Under the pieces are notes generated by a model. That model had not been told where the DNA came from, did not search any database, and worked only from the letters and a program-made list of their open reading frames with translations. From assembly GCA_038087875.1 (NCBI GenBank), contig CM075989.1:4650001-4714000 (forward strand): a DNA stretch of 64,000 nt, read 5' to 3'. A program made the position numbers and the translations under genes. Below are positions 36,208 to 48,700 of the stretch, in pieces; the stretch's first letter is position 1, and every line of letters begins with the position of its first letter. Source of the DNA: Malacoraja senta (Eukaryota).

Positions 36208-36450
36208 TATCGTATCCATCGAGAGTCAAGAGTACGTTCAGCTAGCAAGATGGACAAAGAGGATTCGTGCCCGTGCAAACTCAGGAGATGGAGACTCGTC
36301 AGTCAGAAATCATGAAACTATGCCCATCCAAACTCGGGAAGTTACTTAGAGTTCTGATAAATTACATCGCCATTGTGTTAAGTTATATAACATGAACCGT
36401 GTCATCTTATTATTATTATTATTTGTTATCATGTATGATAAAAGGGGGAA

Positions 36451-37235
36451 TGATAATATTGGCCATTTTACGTGCCTGACATAATGGAGGATGTCTGCTT
36501 TTGCAAAGCCTGCTTGACATCATTTACAAAAGCTGCAAAGACCATGAGGATCATGGCTCCAGAGTGTCTGGGGCCTTGGAAGAGGTTGAATACAGGTTGA
36601 TGTCCAGATGTCCTTTAATTGATAATATGTATGAGGGTTTTGCAGAGGGAGCTAGGTCCTGCTGCAAATGCATGCTCAGGATTGGTAGGGAGATGATGGG
36701 GTTATAATAATGTTGATAACTATGTTGCATCGTCTTCGCGCCGTTACTCGTGATTGTTCAAGGAGAGGGGCCTTGCCCAAATTGTTTACTTTACCTGGTA
36801 GAATGTTTCTTTGCTTAATGGAACTGTTTCCCACTAAATGCTTTCTATCGAAACAATGTTATGTGATATTTTGTGATTGGGTTAGGGAACAGTCAATTAA
36901 TGTATTTTGTAATCCTTATTGATGATTGTTGCCCCCCCCCCCCCCCCCCCATGTATTTTGCGCCAAGGGTCTGTGAGTGTATAAAAGAGGGGAGAGCACA
37001 TGAGAGTGCGCCGATCTTCTGGGATAGCACTTAGGATCGCGCTGACCATCTGGAGGTGTTCTATTCGCACAAGGCTGAAAGGCTTGAACGAGTAGAGACA
37101 AGGATCTGACCCGCGGTGTTGGATTAAGTATCGTATAGGGTAGTGTGTTTGTGTTGGTAAATAAAGTTAGTTGATTCCAGTGCTTGTATTCAGTGTTTTA
37201 CTGAACCAGACGAAGGGGGTAAGATTAGAATTACA
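36451..37235 (+). repeat. ERV-C 3' LTR
   Basis: Starts with TG right after the PPT. TATAAAA near 36980, AATAAA near 37160, ends ATTACA. No second copy is available to confirm the boundaries. Confidence 0.7.
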
Positions 37236-38009
37236 CTGCTGTCCCGCTGAGTTACTCCAGTATTTTGTGTCTATCTTTGGTTTAAACCAGTATCTGCAGT
37301 TCCTTCCTGCACATTCAAATTTAAAGAGGTTGGACTATTAATATAATAACATCCAATAGCCCAGAGAATCTGTTGGTTTTAGTACCACCAAAGTCCCAAG
37401 ATTGCCACATTAATGTTGATTTATTTTTAATGAATAACAGCAACTGTAAATCCATTCTTTTTCATAGAGTCTTTCCTTTTAGACTTTTGAGATACAGTGT
37501 AGAAACAGGCACTTAGGTCCACCAAATCTGCGCTGGCCAACAATTACCCCGTACACTAGCTCTATCCTACACACTAAGGACAATTTTATAATTTTACCAA
37601 AGCCAATTAATCTTTAAACCTGTACGTCTTCGGAGTGCGGGAGGAAACCGGAGCACCCGGAGAAAACCCACACCAGTCACAGGGAGAAGGTACAAACTCC
37701 ATATAGACAGCAACCATAGTTAGGATTGAACCCGGGTCTTGAGCGCTGTCAGGCAGTATCTCTACTGCACCGCCACTATGCCACACCTAATCGTATAGTC
37801 ATGCAGTGTGGAAACGGGCCTCCCTGCCCAACTTTCAAAATGGTGCAGAGTCAAATGTTGCCTCTGAAAGGTGACACCAATTTTCTGTGGTTCATTCATT
37901 ACACAGGACTAGAGCTTCGAATATATCTATCCATTTATCCATCCATCCATCCATCCATCCATCCATCCATCCATCCATCCCTCCATCCCTCCATCTCTCC
38001 ATCTCTCCA

Positions 38010-38270
38010 AGGTACACACAAATGTTGGAGAAACTCAGCGGATGCAGCAGCATCTATGGAGCGAAGGAGATAGGCAACGTTTTGGGCCAAAACCCTTCTT
38101 CAGACTGATGGGAGGTGGGGGGAGGCGGCGAGAAGAAAGGAAAAAGGAGGAGGGGGAGCCCAGGGGCTGAGGGAGAGGTAGGAAGGGGAGGAGACAGCAA
38201 GGGTTAATTGAATTGTGAGAATTCAATGTTCATGCCAAGAGGATGCAGACTACCCAAGCGGAATAAGATG
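38010..38270 (-). mobile_element. Penelope-like element 3' end (GIY-YIG C-terminus plus terminal repeat)
   Basis: Minus strand LGSLHPLGMNIEFSQF, a pyrimidine-rich 3' region, then a degenerate hammerhead motif at 38103-38076. Confidence 0.8.
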
Positions 38271-38999
38271 AATATCCATCCATCCATCCATCCATCCATC
38301 CATCCTATTACTAAACTCATCACTTCCAGTTTGCGTGTATTTTTAATTTGTGCAAAAACGGTAACCTATATCACTAGGATTTTTTTAGCCACATTACTCA
38401 CAGTTCTCCTCTGCTCCAAGCGCACCAAGTTTTGTTACGATTGGTGAAATATTAGAAAAGTTATGGAGGTTTTAAAAATCGTGAGATCAGCAGATTGGTC
38501 TTCTCGCCTGTCATTCACCTTGAAGGTAACGCCCCTTCTGGCACCCGCGGCGGTAAGCAGCGTGGGGGCAAGGAGCCTCTAAATGAAGTTGGAGTGGGAC
38601 CGGGAGCTGCTGCGTGAGTCCAAAAGCTGAAGTGCGGGGTGAGCAGAGTGCGAGCTGTGTCTGCTGCGACCACCTCCCTTCCCATGCCCCCCTTCCCCCT
38701 CCCCCCCCCACACCCCACTTTTACCCCACCCCCCTTCCCCAACCCCCCTTCCCTCAACCCCCCCTTCCCCCACACCCCCCTTCTCCCACACCCCCCTTCT
38801 CCCACACCCCCCTTCTCCCACCCACCTTCCCCCACCCCCACTTCCCACACCCCCCCCCTTCCCCACACATCCCCTTCCCCACACCCCGCCTTCCCCACAC
38901 CTCCCCTCCCACACATGAAGAGGAAGGGGGGGGAGTGCTGGGAATGAGGGAAAATGAGCCGCGCCTGTGCAGTTAGGAGCTATGGATGAGTTGTGGAAT

Positions 39000-39730
39000 A
39001 TTACAAGATACATTTATTTGTCACATGTACCAATTGGTACAGTGAAATGTGGGGTCGCCATACAGCCATACGAATAATAAAGAGCACAGAACACGATAGT
39101 TTTTAACACAGACATCAAAGTTTCCCACTGTGAGGGAAGGCTCCAAAATTCAGTCGTCCTCCTCTGTTGTCCTCCCGTGGTCGGGGGGCTCCCGAGCCCC
39201 CGCTGTCGCCACTAGGGGCGGCCCGATGTTCAAGCCCGCTCGCCGGGGTGATGGAAGTCCGACATCGGGACTGGAGGGCATCCTCCGCAGCTTGGACATC
39301 CGAAACGGCCACCTCCTACCAGAGTCCGCGGCTCCCGAAGTCCACAGGCCGCGCCGGGCGGAGATTCAACGCTGGCGGCCCTCGGCAAATGGCCCCAGGT
39401 CTCCGCAATTTTGAAGACAGCGCCGGCCGCGCTGGAAGCTCTCCCAAACCACAGCTCCGTGGTGTTGGAACAGCGGCCTAACACTCTGGAACTCCAAACG
39501 GCAATCCAGGTGAGGCATCGCCCGCTCCGCGGTGACTCCAGCGCTGCGCCGCTGCTGTTGAAGCTCTAGTCCAGTTCCCGGCAGGAAAGGCCGCTCCAAT
39601 CCAGGTGGTAGGCCGCGAGGAGGGGGGCGAGGACGCAACACGGAGAAATAGTTGCGTCCTCGCCAGGAAATGACTGGGAAACAGTTTCCCCCTTACCCTA
39701 CCCCCCTCCCCCACATAGAAAAGTTAAAGA
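39000..39730 (-). mobile_element. GC-rich non-autonomous LINE-tail element
   Basis: Minus strand ends CATTTCACTGTACC...GTACATGTGACAAATAAATGTATCTTG, a tail similar to elements at about 8590-9135 and 21428-21950. Confidence 0.55.
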
Positions 39731-39914
39731 ATATTGCATTGGGGAATGGGTTGCGTTGGGGGGACCAGGCCTCCCATGTGACTGGGACCCAACGGGTCCA
39801 ACTTAGTCTAGTTTGAGATTATAGCTGTCCAATTCAAAGACAAGAGTGCTAAAAGCTGAGCTGCAATTGGCATAAATTTGGAAATAGTGGGGAAATATTG
39901 ACATCAAGATAGTT

Positions 39915-41091
39915 TCAACAATTACAAATAAAATATAAACTCGGAAATAATCAATATTTTAAATATTTTCAAATATGTGACTATTTGAAAAAATATACAA
40001 AAGATCATCATAATAACCCAGCAGATGTACTGGATGAGGCAATGCAGATAAAAGCGGAATCAGCAAACTTAATATCATATTTGTATAATATTATCTTAAA
40101 TGTACAAATACCATCTACGGAGGGTATCAGAAGAGACTGGGAACAAGAGTTAGCTATTAAAATTTCAAAGGAAAGTTGGAATGAATACTTATTAAAAGTG
40201 CATAAATGCTCGATTAATGTAAGACACACTTTAATACAATTTAAAATTTTACATAGATTATATTATTCGAAAACTAAAATTCATAAAATTTTCCCAAATG
40301 TATCATCTATTTGTGATAAATGTCAATCCCAAGAAGCTACTATAGCGCACTCATTCGTTTCTTGTACAAAAATTCAAAAATCTTGGAATGAAATTTTTGA
40401 AATCTTTACAAAGTTATTTAAAACAAGACTGATACCCAAAGCAGAATGGATTATCTTCGGTATAACGGAAGATGGTCCAGAACTAAATGTGTTTCAAAAG
40501 AAACTAATGGACTATGGGTTAATAACTGGAAAAAAGCTAATTCTAAAATTTTGGAAGAAGGCTCCAATACCAACTATAAATATGTGGATTTCAAATATGT
40601 TTGAAACATTACACCTAGAAGAGATAAGACTCCTCCTAGCAGGTAAACCAGATCACTTCCACCTAACGTGGTCTGCATTTATAGAATTATTACAAACATA
40701 GGGTGCAAAAGTACTTTAAAAAAAATTGAGGTCAGGTAAGGGGGGATGATAGTTGAAGAGTTGGTATGTCCCATTTACGTAATGCTCATAAAAATATTTG
40801 TTTCTCTCTTTTTCCTCTTTCTCTCTCTCTTTCTTTCCTAGGGTCTATTTCTTAACTCTTTTTCTTTTGTTTTTAATTTTGCTCTTATAGGGTCTTCGTC
40901 CTTTTTTGTTGTCACATTTCCTACACTTTCACTTTTTCCTTCACTTTCTTCTTTCTTTCAATCTTTTCCTTTTCTAGTGTAAAAAATAAATGGAGTACAT
41001 TAATTGTAAGAAGATATAAATGACAAGTACTAATGTATGTGGTTGTAATGTAATGTACTTCTAATAAAATAAAAATTAAAAAAAAAAAAAA
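39915..41091 (+). mobile_element. 5'-truncated L1-clade LINE
   Basis: ORF2 C-terminus (QFKILHRLYY, CDKC...HSFVSC), 3' UTR, AATAAA and poly(A). TSD AAGATAGTT (39906-39914 and 41092-41100). Confidence 0.93.
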
Positions 41092-41334
41092 AAGATAGTT
41101 AACCGGAGGTCCAAGGAGGCAGCTTAATGAATTAAAGAGGACTAGTGAGACCAGGAAATGGAAGGCGAAAGTCCCCATTGAGATTAAGTGCTGGAGCAAT
41201 TCAGCGGGCCAGGCAGCATCTGTGGGGGGATTGGATAGATGATTCTTCGAGTCAGGACTCCCCTTCAGATTGACTGGAATAGAGGGGAGATGAGGGTGGG
41301 CGTGATAGGTGGACATAGGTTTGGGTGAAAAGGC

Positions 41335-42023
41335 AAACCTTTGCCTAAACCGCCCCTCCCCAGCTACTGTCCCCTGCAACTGCTGGAGACGTTACATCTG
41401 TCCCCACTCATCTTCCCTCGCATCCATGCAGGGACCCCAGTACTTCTTCCAGGTGAGACAGAGGTTGCCATGTACTTCTCTAAACATTGTCTCCTGCATT
41501 TGGTGCTCCTGATGTGACCTCCTTGACACTGATGAACTAAGGCGACCATTTCAGTGAACACCTGCCAAGGACAGCCGGATCTGCCAGTTACCAACCATTT
41601 TATCCCATTCCCATTGTCACACCGACCTTTCTGTCCTGGGCCTCCTCCATTGCCAGAGTGAGGCCCTATGCAAACTGAAGGAACAGCACCTCATATTCCA
41701 CTTGGGTAGAACATTGAATTCTCCAATTTTAAATCATATCGCCCTACACACTCTCTCTTTCCTATGTACCTCCACCCCAGTGCACACGTAATTCTCTCAT
41801 AATCGCTCTCCTTGTTCTCACTGCCCACCTGTCCCCTATATCCCCCCATATCAGTCTTCACTCCTCTTCTCTCCTTACCTGACAACCTTTTATTTTATCT
41901 CTAGCCTTTGTAACTTACTCAACCCATTTACCAATTAAACCTTCATCACCGATATCACAGTCTAAAGATGAGTTTCGACCCGAAACGTCACATAATCCTT
42001 TTCTCCAGAGATGCTGCCTGACC
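41335..42023 (+). mobile_element. Penelope-like element relic (GIY-YIG endonuclease region plus terminal repeat)
   Basis: Degenerate ICPHSSSLASMQGPQYFFQVRQRLPCTSLNIVSCIWCS, DLPVTNHF, LSVLGLLHCQSEA, EQHLIFHLG and NIEFSNF. Hammerhead-like motif at 41962-41989. The repeat continues after ERV-D at 44253. Confidence 0.82.
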
Positions 42024-44252
42024 TGTGGAAGTCACCCCACACATTAGTACTAAACTAACACCTGTTGAGATTATAAATGGGTGACCATTGCATACTCCTT
42101 GGGGCTCATCTATAGAATGGAAGTTAGTCTTGATTTACATGCCCTCAGTGATGAATTAATTGCGTACGCACACAAATTAACCCGAACTTTGTCAGTTTTA
42201 CAATCACAGGTATTGGAGACGCAGGAACCGCTACCGGCTGACCATAACGATGAATACATACAACCAGGAGAATACGTGCTGATAAGAAATTGGGATCGAA
42301 GGAAACTTGGACCACGGTGGAAGGGGCCTTTCCAAGTATTACTGACTACACCTACAGCAGTAAAGGTTGAGGATCATCCTCGTTGGATACATCTAACCGA
42401 TTGCAAAAGAATTGGTAAAGGAAAGAAGAACAATGACTCTCCTCAGCATCCTGGGAATGGCCTGGACTAATACCTTTGTGGCCATGAGCTTTGAGTTTGC
42501 TCGAAGGTGGAATGGTAGTAACTGTTGGGTGTCCACCTACATTCCCCACAACAGTGGGGGAGGCATACCATTGGTACCGATATCCCTAAACCGGGCTGAA
42601 GTTATGGCAGTATACTGCTTTCACAATGGAACTTCTGCTAGCAGGTGGAGAGAGAACACAAGAAGGACAAATGGTGGGGAAATTGTGTCGAACGACTTTA
42701 AAGGATGGTACACTCCCCCATTTGAATCAGGTTGGAAGAAAGATGAGACCAAAAGTTGGAAAATTCCCCGAATGAAACTAGCAAGCAATCCCCGCATCTC
42801 TGTAAATGGCACATGTCATTGTAACGACAAAGGAAAAGGAGTGTATTTGGGAAACAGTTCTTGCATTTCATACCTCTTATTCTCTATTATGAGACCACCA
42901 CGACCAGTAAATGGAACAGACTTTGTATGTGGATCATGGGCATACCCTTGGCTGCCAGGGATGCCACCAGGAGACGACTCCACTTTTGACATGAGGTTGG
43001 GTAAGAACAACAACTGGAGAGGATGCTGCTATCTGGCTTATGTCATTCCCCACATGCGTATGGTGCAACAACTAACTGAGTTATCCCTTCCCTTAAGAAC
43101 AAGATGAGGCATATCAGAATCAGAACGATTACCTTCCCATTCTGGGGGACTGCTCGTGCCTCTCTAGAATTGATCAATATGGCCTCCGCCATGGAGACGT
43201 TGGCAAATGCAACCGCTAGTGCCTTAACAGATGTAAATAAGGCCATGACGTCTATTACAGCAGAGATGGTTGCCATCCGCACTATGGCCTTACAAAATCG
43301 CATAGCATTGGACTTTATCTTGGCAGAAAAAGGAGGCACCTGTGCTATCATAAACTGTGAGTGTTGCACTTATATCCCCGATAAGAGTACCAATATCACC
43401 GACCTTGCTGCCCACATCTCCCAAGAAATTGAGAAAATCCATAAGGTTGGAAGTGAACTGCATGGGTACAACAAAGGGAGTGGAAACTGGTGGCCATTCA
43501 ATTGGTTAGGTGGACTTTGGGGTACTATATCACACTATGGCTCTATCATTTTATTAATCATTGCTCTAATTTTGATTGTTAATTGCTTGCGACCATTATG
43601 TACCTACCAGGGATTGTGAATGTTATCATAAACTGACAAAGAGGAAGGAATGTGGGTTAAAAAGATTTAAACTTTCAAAATGGATTCCGCTGAAACTGAC
43701 AGGCTTTCACCTTTTTCTATTAAATTGCAAAGCCAGCAAAAAAAACACTAAACCTTGTTTTCAGTACATTAACAAGGCCAGCAGACTGTTGATGTTCCCC
43801 TTTCCAATAACATAAGAGAGATAGCAAGCACAGCTTCACGAATGTCTCCTCTATAATATAAACATTAGAGAGAATTCAGACTCCCTTGTTCGATAAGATT
43901 ATGATGTGCGTCATAACTAGAAAAAAACAAAATGCTTGTTCTGCAGAAATATAACATATAACCATATATGGCTAACTCTTCCTCTGTCAGAAGAACCTGT
44001 CAATCTTGTCAATCTTAAGAAGCAAGAGGCTGTACTATGCCTTGTAGATAAGGTATTGCTGAATCATCGATTATTAGGGTATATATACATGTACTGAGAT
44101 AATTGTCCCTTTGTGTGGGACTTCTCTGTTTAGTCTGTGATCAGCATACTGTAAAGAGTTTTTACCACACCCGCCTGGCGAAATAAAGATTTTACTGCTT
44201 ATACTGATTTTATTTGCGTTTCTGTCTGTTTAAGAATATTTGGACCACAACA
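42024..44252 (+). mobile_element. ERV-D: collapsed provirus (integrase C-terminus, env, 3' LTR 43651-44252)
   Basis: WKGPFQVLLTTPTAVKV. env from ATG 42433. PPT AAAGAGGAAGGAA before TGTGGG. AATAAA near 44182. Apparent GACC TSD. Confidence 0.82.
42433..43619 (+). pseudogene. env: ERV-D gamma-type env, frameshifted near 43105
   Basis: NCWVS (degenerate CWxC), ISD LQNRIALDFILAEKGGTC, CAIINCECC and a hydrophobic TM segment. Confidence 0.88.
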
Positions 44253-44449
44253 GACCCACTAAGTTACTCCAGCATTTTGTGTCTCTCCTCAGTGTAAACC
44301 TACACATTCCACCTATCACTTGCCTGACTTTGTCCTGCCCTAATCTGTCTCCTCCCAGTTTTCAGTCTATGAAAGGTCACAACACAATACGTCATCTGTC
44401 CATTCCCTCCACAACGCTGCCTGATCCATTCAGTTCCTCCAGCACTTTA

Positions 44450-44825
44450 CATAGAAATATAGAATATCGTTGCAGGAGTAAGCCATTTAGCCCTACGAGC
44501 CAGCACCACCATTCAATATGATTATGGCTGATCATCAAAAATCAGTACCCCATTCCTGCTTTCTCCCCATATCCCTTAATTCCATTAGCCCTAAGCGCTA
44601 TATATAACTCTCTCCTGAAAACATCCAGTGAATTGGCATCCACTGCCTTCTGTGGCAGAGAATTCCACAGATTGACAACTCTCTGGGTGAAAAGGTTATT
44701 CCTTATCTCAGTCCTAACCCTTATTCTTTAACTGTGAACCCTGGTTCTGGACTCCCCCAACACCGGGAACATTTTTTCTTGCATCCAGCGTGTCCACACA
44801 CTTAAGAATTTTACATGTTTCTGTA
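44450..44825 (-). mobile_element. CR1 LINE 3' fragment
   Basis: Same 3' region and tail as the other CR1 copies. Confidence 0.85.
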
Positions 44826-45710
44826 TCACACAAGATTTATCGGACAAGATTTCAGTTCCCAGAAGCTTTTGGTTGTCCAAGGAAAGGCCATCTCTGACTG
44901 GTGGCCAATGTATGCATTCCTATTTTAACATCAGCCCTAATGCATCCATTCTTTATTATCATGGAACTTTCGTGACCTGGTGTCTGCTATCGTGTTCATT
45001 CTACCTGGTAGATAGATAGCTGAAATCCAAATGTTCTGTTCAATACACCAAGCCCAAAGTTGATTTAACTATTTTCTCACATGACACCGACTTAATTCCA
45101 CCCATATCATTAATATAGGCAACTGCTCTTGTGTTTATTAATTTTAACTTGAACCTTCCTTTTAGTTGTGTTAGAACCACAAGCTTGGAGTCCATAGAAA
45201 CTTCCTAAAAGCTCCAAATAGGTAATTCCCCATGTCTGCAGTAACAATAACTCTTCCTGATTCCATCTGCCTCCGCAGCTAGATGTTTTTTTTTTATTTT
45301 TTTATTTTTTTTATTTTTATTTATTAGAAGTACATTACATTACAACCACATACATTAATACTCGTCATTTATATCATCTTACAATTAATGTACTCCCTTT
45401 ATTTATTTTTTTACACTAGAGAAAGAAAAGATTGAAAGAGAGAAGAAAGTGAAGGAAAAAGTGCAAGTGTAGAAAAGTGTAGAAAATGTAACAACAAAAA
45501 AGGACGAAGACCCTATAAGAGCGAAATTAAAAACAAAAAGAAAAAGAGTTAAGAAATAGGCCCTAAGAAAAGAAAAGAGAAAGAGAAAAAAAAGAGAAAC
45601 AAATGTTTTTTTTTTTGAGCATCACGTAAATAGGACATACCAACTCTTCAACTATCATCCCCCCTTACCCGACCTCAATTTTTTATTTTTTTTTAAAGTA
45701 CTTTTGCACC

Positions 45711-48700
45711 CTATGTTTGTAATAATTCTATAAATGCAGACCACGTCAGGTGGAAGTGATCTGGTTTACCTGCTAGGAGGAGTCTTATCTCTTCAAGGTG
45801 TAATGTTTCAAACATATTTGAAATCCACATATTTATAGTTGGTATTGGAGCCTTCTTCCAAAATTTTAGAATTAGCTTTTTTCCAGTTATTAACCCATAA
45901 TCCATTAATTTCTTTTGAAACACATTTAATTCTGGATCATCTTCCGTTATTCCGAAGATAATCCATTCTGCTTTGGGTATCAGTCTTGTTTTAAATAACT
46001 TTGTAAAGATTTCAAAAATGTCATTCCAAAATTTTTGAATTTTTGTACAGAAGACAAATGAGTGCGCTATAGTTGCTTCTTGGGATTGACATTTATCACA
46101 AATAGATGATACGTTTGGGAAAATTTTATGAATTTTAGTTTTCGAATAATATAATCTATGTAAAATTTTAAATTGTATTAAAGTGTGTCTTACATTAATC
46201 GAGCATTTATGCACTTTTAATAAGTATTCATTCCAACTTTCCTTTGAAATTTTAATAGCTAACTCTTGTTCCCAGTCTCTTCTGATACCCTCCGTAGATG
46301 GTATTTGTGCATTTAAGATAATATTGTACAAATATGATATTAAGTTTGCTGATTCCGCTTTTATCTGCATTGCCTCGTCCAGTACATCTGCTGGGTTATT
46401 ATGATGATCTTTTATATATTTTTTCAAATAGTCGCATATTTGAAAGTATTTAAAATATTGATTATTTCCGAGTTTATATTTTATTTGTAATTGTTGAAAT
46501 GAAAGTAATTTTCCAGTTTCATACAAGTCACCAAGCGTTTTAATTCCTAGTCTATCCCATTGTGTATAAGCTTTATCTATAATAGAAGGACTAAACGAAG
46601 GGTTATTGACTATAGGTAATAAAAGTGATAAGTTTCTTAATTTTAAATTTTGTTTTATTTGTTTCCAAATACGGATTGTACTATGAATAATTGGGTTCTT
46701 ATTATAGTTTATGTTATTCAATTTCATTGGAGAGAGGAGGATCGCTCCAATGTTTCTAGAGGAGCAATCCTCTTTCTCCATTACAATCCAGTCTACTTGC
46801 TGGGCGGAGTTATCCATCAGTTGAATCATGTTTTTAATATTTACTGACCAATAATAATACATAAAATTAGGTAGTGCTAGACCCCCCAATACTTTAGATT
46901 TATTCAGATGGGTTTTTTGTATTCTATGTGATTTATAGTCCCATATAAAATTAGTGATATCTGAGTCGAGTTTTTAAAAAAACTTCTTAGGTAAGTATAT
47001 AGGAATTGATTGAAATAGGTATAAAATTTGTGGTAAAAAGATCATTTTTATTGCATTTATTCGGCCTATTAAAGACATCGGAAGCGTTTTCCAGAATTTA
47101 ATTAATGTATTCAGTTTATTAAGTAGGGGGTCAAAATTTGCCCTGAGCATACCTTGATATGCTCTGGTAATTTCGATTCCCAAATATTTAAATTTTTCTG
47201 TAGCTATTTTAAAAGGGAATTTTAAAAGATGTGTTGAATCTTTCGGTTTTATTGACATAATTTCACTTTTATTCCAATTTATTCTATATCCAGAAAAAGA
47301 TCCGAAGTCTTCAATTAAATTTAATATATTTGGTATAGTGATTTGAGGTTTTGTAATATACAATAATATATCATCCGCGTATAAAGATATTTTATTATAT
47401 GAGTCTTTAGTATTATATCCATGAATATCAGGGTGTATTCTAATTTTTTCTGCTAGCGGTTCAATAATGAGAGCAAACAGCTGTGGTGATAATGAGCATC
47501 CTTGTCTATTTCCCCTTGATAGTTGAAATTTCGAGGATAATATGTTATTAGTAAGTATTCTAGCTGTAGGTTTGTTATATAGTAACTTAATCCATAAAAT
47601 AAAATTCTCTCCCAGTTGAAATTTTTGTAATACTTTATCCATATAATTCCATTCTACTTGATCAAATGCTTTTTCAGCATCCAGCGAAATAATTGATAAT
47701 TCTTGATCTTCAGATTTGTGTGAGTGCATTATGTTGAGTAGACGTCTCATATTATTAGAAGAGTATCTCTTAGGGATAAACCCTGTCTGATCTGGGTTTA
47801 TTAATTTACTAATGTATTTACTTAATCTTCTGGCTAATGTTTTCGCTAATATTTTTTGATCTGTGTTTAACAATGCTATAGCTCTATATGAGCCAGGTTC
47901 TTCTAAATCCTTATTTTTCTTAGGTATTAATGTAATCGTTGATTCCGCTAATGTATCAGGTAGTATTCGTTTTTTAAAAGCGTATTGGTACATTTTTTGT
48001 AATCTTGGTATTATTTTATCATAAAAGCTTTTATAAAATTCATTAGTAAATCCATCAGGGCCTGGTGTTTTTCCATTTTTTAGTGAGTTTATTGTATCTT
48101 CTAATTCCTTAATTGAGATTTGTGCACCCAGTTCCTCTTGTTCCTTCAGCTCTAACTTTGGAAGATTACAGGTATCCAAGAACTTTGTGATATTATTGGA
48201 ATCAATTATCGTTTTAGATGTATACAAATTCTCGTAAAATTGCGCAAATCTTTTATTAATATCCTTCGGTGTTGTTAATAATTCCCCTTTATCTGATTTG
48301 ATCTTTGGTATAGTATGTTCCTTTTCTCGTTTTTTTAGCTGGCGAGCCAAACGTTTATGCGGTTTATCCCCAAATTCAAAGTGCTCTTGTTTTGTAATTT
48401 GAAAAAGTCTTATAAGTTTGGCAGATAATAATTTATTTAATTTAAATTTTAAAATTATTATTTTATTATGTTTATCTATTGATGGATCTTTAGCATTATC
48501 TATATCCATTTGTCTAATAAGTTCTTCTAACTGTCTTTGTTCATTCTTATTCTTTTTATTTTGAAAAGCTTGATATGAAATTATAATACCCCTAATGTAT
48601 GCTTTAAAAGATTCCCAAAGTAAAGTAGGCGATATATCTGAAGTATCATTTGTTTGAAAAAAGACCTCCATTTGTTCTTTTAAATATATACTCGCTTGTG

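Larger units (their letters stand above)
28655..37235 (+). mobile_element. ERV-C: epsilon-like ERV, leader-gag-pol-3' LTR; no recognisable 5' LTR, protease or env
   Basis: gag MGNQIERD (29360) with a CFNCGQLGYWIREC knuckle. RT YRLVQDLR, VDLQHA and WTRLPQ. RNase H YVDGS and YTDSRY. Integrase LQMDYIE and WEGPYQV. PPT AAAGGGGGAA at 36441-36450. Confidence 0.88.
37925..39811 (+). mobile_element. Probable non-autonomous Helitron with nested inserts
   Basis: 3' hairpin GGACCC-AAC-GGGTCC (39785-39799), then 8 nt and CTAG|T (39808-39812). The 5' end lies in an (ATCC)n tract followed by TATTACTAAA; its boundary is approximate. Confidence 0.6.

Noticed and set aside
38511..39013. Gly- or Pro-rich ORFs
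   Set aside because: Low-complexity C-rich array inside a repeat, with no splice or domain evidence.
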